A stretch of DNA of 16,765 nucleotides from the NCBI GenBank assembly GCA_043753995.1, contig JAYUVP010000229.1, positions 1 through 16,765 of the forward strand. Direction: 5' to 3'. This stretch comes from Fibrobacterota bacterium. Lineage in GTDB: Bacteria; Fibrobacterota; Fibrobacteria; UBA11236. The notes under the pieces were generated by a model that did no database searches, was not told the DNA's origin, and saw only the letters and a program-made list of their open reading frames with translations. Positions within the stretch are counted from its first letter, which is position 1, and every line of letters begins with the position of its first letter. Below, in pieces: positions 1 through 8,475 of the stretch. Both the position numbers and the translations under genes were made by a program.

Positions 1-689
1 GTCCCCAATTGATGGGCGGTTTCCTTGGCAAGTCCCACCCAAAGCACGCTTTGTTCATTGCTGCGAATGATGGTGAACCCGAAATAGCCCAAAAAGAAAA
101 AAAGGAAAAGGAGGATGAGTTCCGCTAAAGGCAGCCACTCCAATCTGTCGAGGGCAGGCACGTCGCCATAATGCAAGGTGCCGAATATCTTGCCATCGCT
201 TTCGAGAGGCAAGGGGTCATTGCTTTCGTCCATGGCGCGAATACGCTGCAAGAGATATTCACGATCCTTGTTGGGGAGTAAGGGCCAGGGAGCTTGGGAG
301 ACGGCATCGCGTCCGCCATGTAAAAAACCCTTGGTGATATTGTTCCAGTTCAGCGGCGTCGCTGCTGTGTCAGTGATGATCATCGGAACTTCGCTCTTAC
401 GCACGATTTCGTTGAAGAGCACATTGATCTCTTCGCGATTGAGCTGCTCGGCAATGGCGACGGCGTAAAGGCGGGCTTCTTTATGATTGATGGCTTCGGC
501 CTGATGCCTCAGGCCGGAAAGAAAGAGCTGATTTAGTCCCGTGAAGGCGGCGAGAAGTAAAAGCGCGGCTCCGAAAATGAAATAACGAACCCGCGTTTGC
601 GGTGCGCGCCGCACCTTGTCGGCGGCGGCGCGCAATACCGGTTGCTGGCGCAGACGTGCCAGGACGCGAGTCAAAATTCCCACCGCCAT
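1..689 (-). CDS. Membrane sensor histidine kinase, N-terminal part (runs off the left edge)
   Basis: Not in the ORF track. Hand translation from the ATG at 689 gives MAVGILTRVLARLRQ..., TM1 (YFIFGAALLLLAAFTGL), a sensor region (IVRKSEVPMIITD...LHYGD), TM2 (WLPLAELILLFLFFFLGYFGF) and then the H-box SNEQSVLWVGLAKETAHQLG(T) at the window edge. The frame is open throughout. The start is 5 nt downstream of the serS stop. Confidence 0.9.
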   Translation of the reverse strand, partial: MAVGILTRVLARLRQQPVLRAAADKVRRAPQTRVRYFIFGAALLLLAAFTGLNQLFLSGLRHQAEAINHKEARLYAVAIAEQLNREEINVLFNEIVRKSEVPMIITDTAATPLNWNNITKGFLHGGRDAVSQAPWPLLPNKDREYLLQRIRAMDESNDPLPLESDGKIFGTLHYGDVPALDRLEWLPLAELILLFLFFFLGYFGFTIIRSNEQSVLWVGLAKETAHQLG

Positions 690-694
690 AAACC

Positions 695-1981
695 TTATTT
701 CTCGACTTGCCCGCCGGGCAAGAGGCGCTTTACTCCGCCCAAGTAAGAGCGTAAAACCTCAGGCACCGTGAGCGAGCCATCGGCGTTTTGATAGCATTCC
801 AAGAGCGCTACCAAAATGCGGGGAGTAGCCAAGCCCGAACCGTTCAGAGTATGCAGGTATTGCGGCTTACCATCGACGCGGGTTTTGATATTGGCGCGCC
901 GTGCCTGAAAGTCGGTGAAATGGGAGACCGAGCTGCATTCGAGCCAACGTTTTTCGCCGGGAGCCCAAACTTCGAGGTCATAGGTTTTCGCAGATCCGAA
1001 ACCCATGTCGCCGGTGCAGAGGGTGATGACGCGATAATGCAGGTTCAGCTTTTGCAGCAAATTCTCGGCGAAGCCGCGCAATTGCTCTAGGTTTTCCCAT
1101 GATTTTTCAGGGTGGGCAAACATCACCATTTCGACTTTGTTGAATTGGTGCAGGCGAAGAAAGCCACGCGTTTCTTTGCCCCAAGATCCGGCTTCGCGAC
1201 GAAAGCAGGGAGTATAGGCGCAATAGGAAAGCGGCAATTTAGCAGAGTCGAGAATTTCGTCGGCATGCATATTGGTGACAGGTACTTCGGCGGTCGGCAC
1301 CAAATACAATTCATCCGCCGTGCAGCAATACATGTCTTCTTCGAATTTGGGCAATTGGCCGGTGCCAATCATGCTTTGGCGGTTGACCACGAAGGGCGGC
1401 AAAACCTCGGTCATTCCATGACTTTGAATATGCTCGTCGAGGAAGAATTGCACCAAGGCGCGCTCCAAACGCGCGCCCCAGCCGGTATAAATGGGAAAGC
1501 CTCGACCCGTGATTTTCGATCCGCGCTCGAAGTCGTAAAGGCCTAGCCCCACGCCGAAGTCGAGGTGATGCTTCAGGGTAAAGCCGGGCTCATGGGGCTT
1601 GCCCCATGTCTTGAGAACGGGATTGTCAGCCGCGCTTTTACCCAGGGGGACCGAAGCATCGGGAAGATTGGGTATGAGCATGGCCTGGGCCTTGAAGGCA
1701 CCTTCGACGACGTCAAATTCCTTTTGCGCGGCCGCAATTCGGTCGCCGATTTCTCGGGTTTTGGTCATGGCCTCGGAAGCGTCTTGGCCTTGCTTTTTCA
1801 GCGCACCAATGGCCTCGGAAGCGGCATTGCGATCGGCCTTGAGTTTATCGAGTTCTTGGGCGCGGGCGCGTCGATCGCCGTCGAGCTTAAGTAAGCCATC
1901 GAGGTCGAATTCGGTGCCCCGGTTTTGCAGGGCGGTGCGGACCTTGTCGCTATCCTCGCGGATAAGCCGTGGGTCAAGCAT
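695..1981 (-). CDS. serS: Serine--tRNA ligase
   Basis: N-terminal coiled-coil arm, GTGQLPKFEEDMY, LVPTAEVP, motif 2 FRREAGS...RLHQFNKVE, motif 3 TLNGSGLA..R. Start moved to ATG 1981 (MLDPRLIRE), which has an AGGAG RBS at 1988-1992. Confidence 0.98.
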   Translation of the reverse strand: MLDPRLIREDSDKVRTALQNRGTEFDLDGLLKLDGDRRARAQELDKLKADRNAASEAIGALKKQGQDASEAMTKTREIGDRIAAAQKEFDVVEGAFKAQAMLIPNLPDASVPLGKSAADNPVLKTWGKPHEPGFTLKHHLDFGVGLGLYDFERGSKITGRGFPIYTGWGARLERALVQFFLDEHIQSHGMTEVLPPFVVNRQSMIGTGQLPKFEEDMYCCTADELYLVPTAEVPVTNMHADEILDSAKLPLSYCAYTPCFRREAGSWGKETRGFLRLHQFNKVEMVMFAHPEKSWENLEQLRGFAENLLQKLNLHYRVITLCTGDMGFGSAKTYDLEVWAPGEKRWLECSSVSHFTDFQARRANIKTRVDGKPQYLHTLNGSGLATPRILVALLECYQNADGSLTVPEVLRSYLGGVKRLLPGGQVEK

Positions 1982-2117
1982 GGGTGTCTCCTTAGAAGAA
2001 CACAAAGGTAAGTCGCAAAGTCACCAAAGGGCTGAAAAAGCCCATCAGTCGAGCTGAAGTTCGAAAGTCCGGATTTTGTAACTTGCCCGACTATACCCAT
2101 TTGCCGGAGGCAACCTC

Positions 2118-4577
2118 TTGCCTTTTCTCCTTTCCCGCTTTCGCCTGCCTCGTTTTCCCGCCTTCCTTTTGCTCCTCGCCGCGCTGATGCCTGGCTTGGC
2201 CTTAGCCCAAACCTGGGAGGTGGTGGGAGTTGTTATGGATGCTGAGCGAGGCGAGCCGATTATCGGAGTCGAAGTCAGCACCCAAAGTGGAAAATTGCTA
2301 GGCACAACCAATAGCAAGGGTCGCTTTGAAGTTACCGTCAATAATCGCGGCACGACCCTTTTTTTCAGGCGGCAGGCCTACAAGGATTTTGAGCTGGATT
2401 TGGGCACGGTGACCCAATTGATTGATATGGAAGTGGTGCTGGATCCTACGGCTCAGGAATTGGTAGAGAAAACCGTCAGCGATTCGGTGGTCTCGGTGAA
2501 GCACAATGAAAAGGTGCAGACTATCGAGCAGCTTGAGCTCATGCAAGGCATGCGTATCGACTTAAACGATCACCTGCGCCAATTGCCGGGTGTGTCGGGC
2601 ATGAGCGAATTCAGCAAAGACATTTCGGTTTATGGCTCACGTACCCAGGACGTTACAGAATATTTGGGTCAATCCCGCATTCCCAATATGCGTCACCTCG
2701 ATATCGGCTTTCCCGGTAACCAAAGCGTGGTCAATCCCCGCTTGCTCAAGTCGATTACCCTGGCCGACAACTTGGCGAGCGGGCCTATCAATCAGGGCAA
2801 TGCCTCGGCCCTGGTTTTCGATTTGCAGGACGGCGACCCCGAAAAAATGCATGCCGACGCCGTACTGGGAACCATCAATCGCGAATTCAACCTCTCGGGA
2901 TACTTAGGTGGCCGAACTTATTTGTTTAGCGCCCGCTATCTGGATCCGTCTTTCTTGAAAAATCTAGGCCTTAAATTTTACACCGACCCCAAGGAATCGC
3001 GGGTGAATGACAATGGGGGTGGATGCGACAGCAATTGCAAAGGATTAGAGAACCCCTTCACCCTAAGCACCGGTGATTTGTTTTTCAGCACCTTTAAACG
3101 CGATAGTGCCACCGGGGCCTTTGGCCGCCACACCGTGGTCGCCTTAAGCGATGAATACGAAGTGGATCAAGACGTGAGTCGCCGGTCGGATCAAGTCATA
3201 CCTCAGACCATAGTAGAGGGCACTCAGGACGCGTGGATGTATGCCTATGAAGCGGTCACGCCGACCGAGGCGGGGGAAAGGCAATTCGGCTTTTCGTTTT
3301 TCCGGCGCAATCAGGAAAACACCTATCGCGACACTTTGGCACCTGTGCCCATTGGAGGCTTGGACGATCCGACACTTTATTTGCCCTGGTATCCTAAGGA
3401 AGGCGAATGGGTGAATAATACCCTAGGGTATTTGCAGCAAATCGATTGGCAGTCCATCCTGTCATGGCAACAAGATCTTTCCTTACGACTTTGGGGGGCT
3501 AAGACTTCCCTGGGTGGTGATATCGATTACAACTTGCAATCACGCGAATATATGGGGACCGGCACGCGCCACAATACCCTGGAGCGTGACTTGGCCTTGG
3601 CCAGCGCCCTTTTTCGCCTGCGCTGGAATTTGTCGCAGGGTCGCGGAGTTTCGGCAGCCCTTGGAGCCGAAGGCGGATGGGATGCTCCTACTGAAGGGGA
3701 AAAAGCAGGCTTGGTTGCTCCTATGCCATTGGCTACAGTGCGTTATACCCATCCCTTGAACCGCGACTATGAGGCCTATGCCGAGGCCGGAATGCGCCAA
3801 GCTGTATCTTTGGAACCGACTGGATTCAATGAGGTGACGGCACATGCGACCCCAAGTGGAGAAATCAAGGTGGGCGTGGACAAATCTCGGGGCGAGCAAA
3901 TTCGCTTTACCTCAGCCCTCTATGCACGCTTGTATCAAGACCCTACCTTGCCTGCGCCCGATGTCTATTGGAATTATGCCGAAACCCATAGCTCCGATTA
4001 TGCCTATGTTCGCGGCGTGACCGGCACGGCCACCTGGCTGCCAAGTCATCACCTCGGCATGTTTGTCAATGCTTCCTTTGTCGATGGAGACTATCACCTC
4101 GACGATGGCAATTATTTGCCCTGGGTGGCCAATCGCACCCTCGACTTAGTCGGAAATATGCGAGTATTGCCGCGTCGCGATTCGCTATTCAGCCTCATCA
4201 TGACCTATACCGTCAGCAATGGCGTACCGCTTTATGAATATCGCGGCCTTTGGGACAATAACCTCGGAGCGGCCACGGGTCGCCGCTCCATTGCCACTAG
4301 CACGGATTTCCCCACGGTATCTCGTCAAAGGCTAGATATGCGCATTAATGTCGACCTGAAAAGCAAATGGAAGCCTCTGGACGGGATGCGCTTTTTCTTT
4401 GAAGCAGACAATATTTTCGCGGAGATGGAAGGCACGGGCGCTGAATTTCTGGGCGGAAATAATCGCCGGCATCGGGGCTGGTCTCGCGCCAATAATACCG
4501 GGACCTTAGTGCCCATGGCCACTCGAGGATTAGGCCTTTTCGTCTTTTTCGGCGTCGAGGCCAAATTCAGTTTATAG
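2118..4577 (+). CDS. TonB-dependent receptor-like outer-membrane beta-barrel protein with N-terminal carboxypeptidase-regulatory-like domain
   Basis: GGAGG RBS before a TTG start; signal peptide ending ALA-Q; G.VMDAERGEPIIGVEV...GTTNSKGRF N-domain; plug-like LRQLPGVSG...ISVYG; alternating beta-strand pattern through the C-terminal half; ends FFGVEAKFSL. Confidence 0.75.
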   Translation: MPFLLSRFRLPRFPAFLLLLAALMPGLALAQTWEVVGVVMDAERGEPIIGVEVSTQSGKLLGTTNSKGRFEVTVNNRGTTLFFRRQAYKDFELDLGTVTQLIDMEVVLDPTAQELVEKTVSDSVVSVKHNEKVQTIEQLELMQGMRIDLNDHLRQLPGVSGMSEFSKDISVYGSRTQDVTEYLGQSRIPNMRHLDIGFPGNQSVVNPRLLKSITLADNLASGPINQGNASALVFDLQDGDPEKMHADAVLGTINREFNLSGYLGGRTYLFSARYLDPSFLKNLGLKFYTDPKESRVNDNGGGCDSNCKGLENPFTLSTGDLFFSTFKRDSATGAFGRHTVVALSDEYEVDQDVSRRSDQVIPQTIVEGTQDAWMYAYEAVTPTEAGERQFGFSFFRRNQENTYRDTLAPVPIGGLDDPTLYLPWYPKEGEWVNNTLGYLQQIDWQSILSWQQDLSLRLWGAKTSLGGDIDYNLQSREYMGTGTRHNTLERDLALASALFRLRWNLSQGRGVSAALGAEGGWDAPTEGEKAGLVAPMPLATVRYTHPLNRDYEAYAEAGMRQAVSLEPTGFNEVTAHATPSGEIKVGVDKSRGEQIRFTSALYARLYQDPTLPAPDVYWNYAETHSSDYAYVRGVTGTATWLPSHHLGMFVNASFVDGDYHLDDGNYLPWVANRTLDLVGNMRVLPRRDSLFSLIMTYTVSNGVPLYEYRGLWDNNLGAATGRRSIATSTDFPTVSRQRLDMRINVDLKSKWKPLDGMRFFFEADNIFAEMEGTGAEFLGGNNRRHRGWSRANNTGTLVPMATRGLGLFVFFGVEAKFSL

Positions 4578-4734
4578 ACGCCGAACTATGGGACGAGAGG
4601 TCGGTTAGGATTGTACCAAATGGTGCGGGCTTATTTCAAAAAAGTCCACTTTTAGCGAACGGATCGGCCCTAGATTAGCGGCGGGTATGGCAGTCCATAG
4701 TCTGGAAAACAATGCCTCCTCAGGAGCAAAGCAT

Positions 4735-5580
4735 ATGCGTCAAACGGGGATGGTATTCGGTTTGGCACTTCTAGGTGTTGTATTTAATGCGCCGACTTGG
4801 GCTCAGACTAAAATTAAAGCCAGCGATGTCGTTATTAATGGTGAATCCTTTTTCGCAGCCGCGAATATCACTTCGGAATTGACGCGGCTTGCCCGAGCCG
4901 ATGGCGCTATCGGCTCCAGCGAAAGTTTTCGGCAAATCGCGGTATCCGGTGCGGTGATGTCCGGGATTTTGAATCAGTACAAGAATTGCAATCCCAAACC
5001 CATTTACGTGATTACCGATGGTGGCGGAAATGACTTGATGGGCAGTTGCGGCAGCCCCGTGACGACGAATTGCGCCGCCATTAAAAACACTCTGGTCACG
5101 GTGCAGCAATACTTTGATCAAATGAAAACGAGCGGCACTAAAAAAGTTTTATGGATGCGTTACCCTGATCCTCAAAAAGCAAATTTCGCGAATTTGAAGG
5201 CAAATCAAGACGTCTATAACCCTGAGGTTGAAAAAATCTGCAAGGCCAGTATCGAGCCAAAATGTCTGTGGATTGATATGCGCAAGACATGGGATGGGCA
5301 TTATGACCAGTACACCCAAGATGGCATTCATCCCACCGCCGCCGGTGGCACAGCCACGGCGGAGGCCTTTTGGAAATTCGCAAAGGAAAACTCTTTTTTC
5401 GACTTAGGAGCTTCTTCGATACACCCCAAGCTAGGTTCGTCCTCCTTGCCATTCCGTGGACGATTTCTATCCAGCTCGGCTATGCATTTTTCGCTTAGGC
5501 TTCCCGGCGAAGAGATGGAAGCAGCATCCCTAGTCGACCTATCAGGGAGGTCCGTGCTTAGACCTCATTTCGCGCCTTAG
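4735..5580 (+). CDS. Secreted SGNH/GDSL-family hydrolase (esterase)
   Basis: Start moved to ATG 4735 (AGGAG RBS at 4722-4726). Signal peptide ending TWA-Q; block I variant INGESFF, block II AVSGA, block III DGGGND, block V DGIHP. The tail ...LVDLSGRSV resembles FCB-group extracellular C-terminal domains. Confidence 0.85.
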   Translation: MRQTGMVFGLALLGVVFNAPTWAQTKIKASDVVINGESFFAAANITSELTRLARADGAIGSSESFRQIAVSGAVMSGILNQYKNCNPKPIYVITDGGGNDLMGSCGSPVTTNCAAIKNTLVTVQQYFDQMKTSGTKKVLWMRYPDPQKANFANLKANQDVYNPEVEKICKASIEPKCLWIDMRKTWDGHYDQYTQDGIHPTAAGGTATAEAFWKFAKENSFFDLGASSIHPKLGSSSLPFRGRFLSSSAMHFSLRLPGEEMEAASLVDLSGRSVLRPHFAP

Positions 5581-6523
5581 CCATAGTTTCGATTTGATCG
5601 GATTCCTTGGCGCTCAAGTCCTTTGGCAAGGTCAAGACCACCTTGAGATAGAGGTCTCCGAATTCTCCCTCGCGCTCATATATCGGCATGCCGAGGCCTT
5701 TGAGCCTTAGCACCTTGCCATGATCGGTGAGAGGGGTCAGGGTGACCTTGATCGTCCCTTTAAGAGTCGCGACATCCAGTTTTCGACCGGTGACGGCCGA
5801 GAAAAAATCCACCGGCAATTCGCGATACAAATCATCTCCTCGGCGCTCGTATTGGTCATGGGGGGCCACATGGATTTTCAGGTAAAAATCTCCATCTTCG
5901 CCTCCTGGTCCGCCCGCCCCGCCTTGCCCTGAAAGTCTTAAGGTGCGTCCCTCCGCTATGCCCGGCTTGAGGGCGAGCTTTAACTTGCGGCCTCCGACTT
6001 CAATCACCTTGCTGACGCCGTGATAAGCCTCTTCCAGGCTAATTTCAATATCGGCTTGATAGTCTTCGCCCCTTTGTGGAGCACCTCGGCCTGGGCTAAA
6101 TCCTCCGCCCGCGCCACCGCCAAAAATCGATTCGAAAAAATCTGAAAAACCGGCTTGGCCTCCTCCGAAGCCCCCACCGAATCCCTCGGAGGACGGTCCC
6201 TGATTCCCACGGTTCGAAGTACGACCTCCTCGTGCCCCGCGCGCTCCCGCTTGCTGACGCATGAAATCATTGAAGTCGAAACCCGCGCTTCCTCCGGCCT
6301 GATTCCACTGGGCGCCCAGAGTATCATAGCGCTGCTTTTTTTCAGGATCGCTTAGCACTTCATGCGCTTCATTGACGGCCTTGAAGCGATCTTCAGCTTG
6401 TTTGTTTCCGGGGTTTTTGTCAGGATGGTATTTTCCGGCCATCTTCCGATAGGCCTTTTTAATGGCCGCCGCATCCGCGCCTTTTTCGAGGCCGAGGGTT
6501 TTGTAATAGTCTTGGAATTGCAT
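5558..6523 (-). CDS. Class B J-domain protein (DnaJ/CbpA-like, no zinc finger)
   Basis: DYYKTLG...KYHPDKNP...F..VNEAHEVLSD J-domain, G/F-rich linker with FSDFFESIFG, and DnaJ C-terminal domains (GDFYL, LRLKGLGMP, GDLYL). No CxxCxGxG repeats. Confidence 0.95.
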   Translation of the reverse strand: MQFQDYYKTLGLEKGADAAAIKKAYRKMAGKYHPDKNPGNKQAEDRFKAVNEAHEVLSDPEKKQRYDTLGAQWNQAGGSAGFDFNDFMRQQAGARGARGGRTSNRGNQGPSSEGFGGGFGGGQAGFSDFFESIFGGGAGGGFSPGRGAPQRGEDYQADIEISLEEAYHGVSKVIEVGGRKLKLALKPGIAEGRTLRLSGQGGAGGPGGEDGDFYLKIHVAPHDQYERRGDDLYRELPVDFFSAVTGRKLDVATLKGTIKVTLTPLTDHGKVLRLKGLGMPIYEREGEFGDLYLKVVLTLPKDLSAKESDQIETMAKARNEV

Positions 6524-6620
6524 GCTCTCAAAGTGAGCAAATTCTTTGCCGGGATCGGCTTTCAGCCGATCGACCCTCCCCAGAGGAGCCGACCGGCCTA
6601 CGGCCTAGATTCATCGCCAC

Positions 6621-6974
6621 TTAGCGGTTCATATTGACACGCGCCACCGTTTCAGCTTCGGGCGCCTCGGTGCGTGCGCCCATGGCACGCAAAAATTTCA
6701 TGGCTTTTAAACGACCATTGGTGGAAGCGGCCAAGTAAGGCGTCCAACCCTCGGAATCGATAGCATTGATGTCGGCGCCTTGGCGAATCAAGTTCACCAT
6801 TTCCTGGGTTTCGCCTGCTTCGGCGGCGCGAATCAGGAGAAGGTCCTTGCTTTGCGGTGAAGAGCCGGCGCACCCAATCAGGGATATTGCCAAAGACGCC
6901 AGGGATAAGCCTAGGCCGACTTTAGGAATCAAGCGAGCCAATGGGCCCTCTCGATATTGCTTAGTCAAGTCCAT
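6621..6974 (-). CDS. Small ankyrin-repeat lipoprotein
   Basis: Start moved to ATG 6974 (GGAGGGA RBS). Hydrophobic segment ending in lipobox LIG-C; ankyrin motifs LIRAAEAG...LIRQGADINAIDSEGWTPYLAASTNG...FLRAMGA. Confidence 0.8.
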   Translation of the reverse strand: MDLTKQYREGPLARLIPKVGLGLSLASLAISLIGCAGSSPQSKDLLLIRAAEAGETQEMVNLIRQGADINAIDSEGWTPYLAASTNGRLKAMKFLRAMGARTEAPEAETVARVNMNR

Positions 6975-7134
6975 GTATTCCCTCCCACCTCTCCACAAGA
7001 TTGTGACGCCGACTCAAGTCGTATGCAATGACTAAATCGAGGGATAGGCCGTTACTTAAAGGCTGAAAACGGGGTAGGTAATGAGCCATCGTCATTTGCG
7101 CAACCGTTTTTTTCAACTAGGTTGGGTGGGACTA

Positions 7135-7155
7135 TCCCATTTTCTCAAAATGGGA
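7135..7155. promoter_or_regulatory. Perfect 9-bp inverted repeat (candidate operator)
   Basis: TCCCATTTT-CTC-AAAATGGGA in the intergenic region between the ankyrin gene and the putative ncRNA. The function is inferred. Confidence 0.4.
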
Positions 7156-7204
7156 AGAATCGTCTCAGGGATTCCCGCGATTCATTTCCAAATTGTTTAC
7201 CGGA

Positions 7205-7360
7205 TTCGTGTTCAGCCTGCCCTGAGATCTTGGTAACATGTGTAGTACCGTAACTCAAAAGATACCTAGGTCCCCTTGCAAAAGGATTTCGACAGCCTCC
7301 AAGTGGGATGCTTGACGCACAGGTTCGGAGTCCAAAGACGGGTAAGGTCAGGTGCGCGAA
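7205..7360 (+). ncRNA. ssrS: Rod-shaped structured RNA, probable 6S RNA
   Basis: Manual fold gives nested helices: UUCGUGU/GCGCGAA, GCC/GGU, UGCCC/GGGUA, UCU-UGG/CCA-AGA, AAC-UGUGU/GCACA-GUU. These are followed by an asymmetric central bubble (~7244-7268, A/C-rich, opposite ~7310-7316) and an apical stem UCCC-CUUG/CAAG-GGGA, AGG/CCU. Several G.U pairs work only on the + strand. The 5' CCCUGAGAUC and 3' AGGUUC motifs resemble known 6S RNAs. Ends are approximate. Confidence 0.55.
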
Positions 7361-7461
7361 ATAACTTCGGTTCTTTGTTAGCCTCTGCCCGGCAAGGCCG
7401 AGCCAAAAAGGCAAGACTCTTTGTTTAACCCTGTTGCGGTCGGCTTTACCTGTATGCTAAG

Positions 7462-7866
7462 ATGGAGACGCCCCGACCCGTGGCAAAAACGATGCAAACA
7501 CTTGATAAAAGCGCCCTAGTCAATCTCTACAATATCGGCGGTAAGGATTTCCTCCTCCGCATGATTGACAACTTCTTGGCCAATACCCCCGCCCGCATTA
7601 AAGCCGCGCGAGGTCATTTGCAGCGCCGTGACTGGAAAGCCGTTCATTTGGTGGCGCATTCCCTCAAGGCCAGCGCAGCCAATGTGGGTACGGTTCAGGT
7701 ACGCGAATTATCTGAGCGAATAGAAGAGATGGCCAGTCTTGAGTTGGAACAGGATCTCGACGAGGCTCTGACCATTCTTGAATCAGTATTATTCGAAGCC
7801 TTGCGCACCTTGCAGAATGAGCGGAATCACTGGGGTGAAAACGAGTTAAGCCAAACTCAAAGCTAG
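7462..7866 (+). CDS. Stand-alone Hpt (histidine phosphotransfer) protein
   Basis: LD...L..L...GG..FL..MI..FL..TP...I...DW..V...AHSLKASAANVG pattern with the phospho-His in AHSLK. The start could be 7480 (GTG) or 7492 (ATG) instead. Confidence 0.9.
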   Translation: METPRPVAKTMQTLDKSALVNLYNIGGKDFLLRMIDNFLANTPARIKAARGHLQRRDWKAVHLVAHSLKASAANVGTVQVRELSERIEEMASLELEQDLDEALTILESVLFEALRTLQNERNHWGENELSQTQS

Positions 7867-8343
7867 CTGGCTTTCTTGGCAACCTTGTTGCAAAGCCCCG
7901 TGTATCCTCGCCAACCAACGTCCCTGACTTCCGCTTTCTAGTCCGTCTAAGGTGTCCAGCAAATACCCGACTTCTTCAGGGCTCATGACCAGCAGGGGCG
8001 CCTGTCCCATGGCACTGCGTAGTAAATCGAGACTGGCCCAAATGCCTCCTTGCAGATTCGCCACCACCACGGTCAAATCGGGCCGACGCGATGCCGGTGC
8101 GCATTGGCGCATGCCTTCCGTCACGCTTAGGGCTTCGACAACGAGATAATCCGCCGCTTCTAAAACCACTTTAAGCACCCGGCGCGTCAATTCCTCGCCG
8201 CAAATCAGCAATAGGGTACCTGCTATGTACTGCCCCTGTTTGCCACCCTTGGCCGCGGGGATTTCCCTCCAGGATCCGCCGCTGACCCTGTCCTCGCTAT
8301 GGTGAATCGCATGTCCGGTTTTCGCGAAGCGTTCCATGGTCAT
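7846..8343 (-). CDS. CheY-like pseudo-receiver domain protein
   Basis: Start moved to ATG 8343 (AAGGAGG RBS at 8348-8354). The receiver-fold pattern TLLLICGEELTRRVLKVVLEAADYLVVEALSVTEG...RPDLTVVV...APLLVMS is present, but the acidic pocket, phospho-Asp and conserved Lys are not evident. Confidence 0.6.
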   Translation of the reverse strand: MTMERFAKTGHAIHHSEDRVSGGSWREIPAAKGGKQGQYIAGTLLLICGEELTRRVLKVVLEAADYLVVEALSVTEGMRQCAPASRRPDLTVVVANLQGGIWASLDLLRSAMGQAPLLVMSPEEVGYLLDTLDGLESGSQGRWLARIHGALQQGCQESQLALSLA

Positions 8344-8388
8344 AAAGCCTCCTTGCCCGTCCTTGGGGCGAACAAACTTTACCCCTCC

Positions 8389-8413
8389 TAGAGAGACAGA
8401 AATTGTCTCCCTA
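8389..8413. promoter_or_regulatory. Imperfect 10-bp inverted repeat in a divergent intergenic region (candidate operator)
   Basis: TAGAGAGACA-GAAAT-TGTCTCCCTA (9/10 matching), between the pseudo-receiver gene and the membrane-protein gene. Confidence 0.35.
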
Positions 8414-8475
8414 ATCCGAGGAAAATTCGCGTCTCGGCGGGCTACTATTTCACTCTTAACCGGAGGTTTCCATAC

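Noticed and set aside
91..111. A-rich runs suggesting a phase-variable tract or terminator
   Set aside because: They encode the in-frame LLFLFFFL transmembrane helix of the kinase; the longest run is only 7 nt.
6998..7018. HspR (HAIR)- or CRP-like site upstream of the ankyrin-dnaJ genes
   Set aside because: Only half-sites are present (ACTCAAG; TGTGA). No CIRCE element was found either.
7318..7362. tRNA T-loop-like GGTTCGGAGTCC and SRP-like GGTCAGGT
   Set aside because: There is no T-stem or cloverleaf and no GGAAGCAGC SRP partner motif; the bases are explained by the rod fold.
7145..7414. 89-aa minus-strand ORF across the putative ncRNA
   Set aside because: Non-ATG start, no protein features, and the region is better explained as structured RNA on the + strand.
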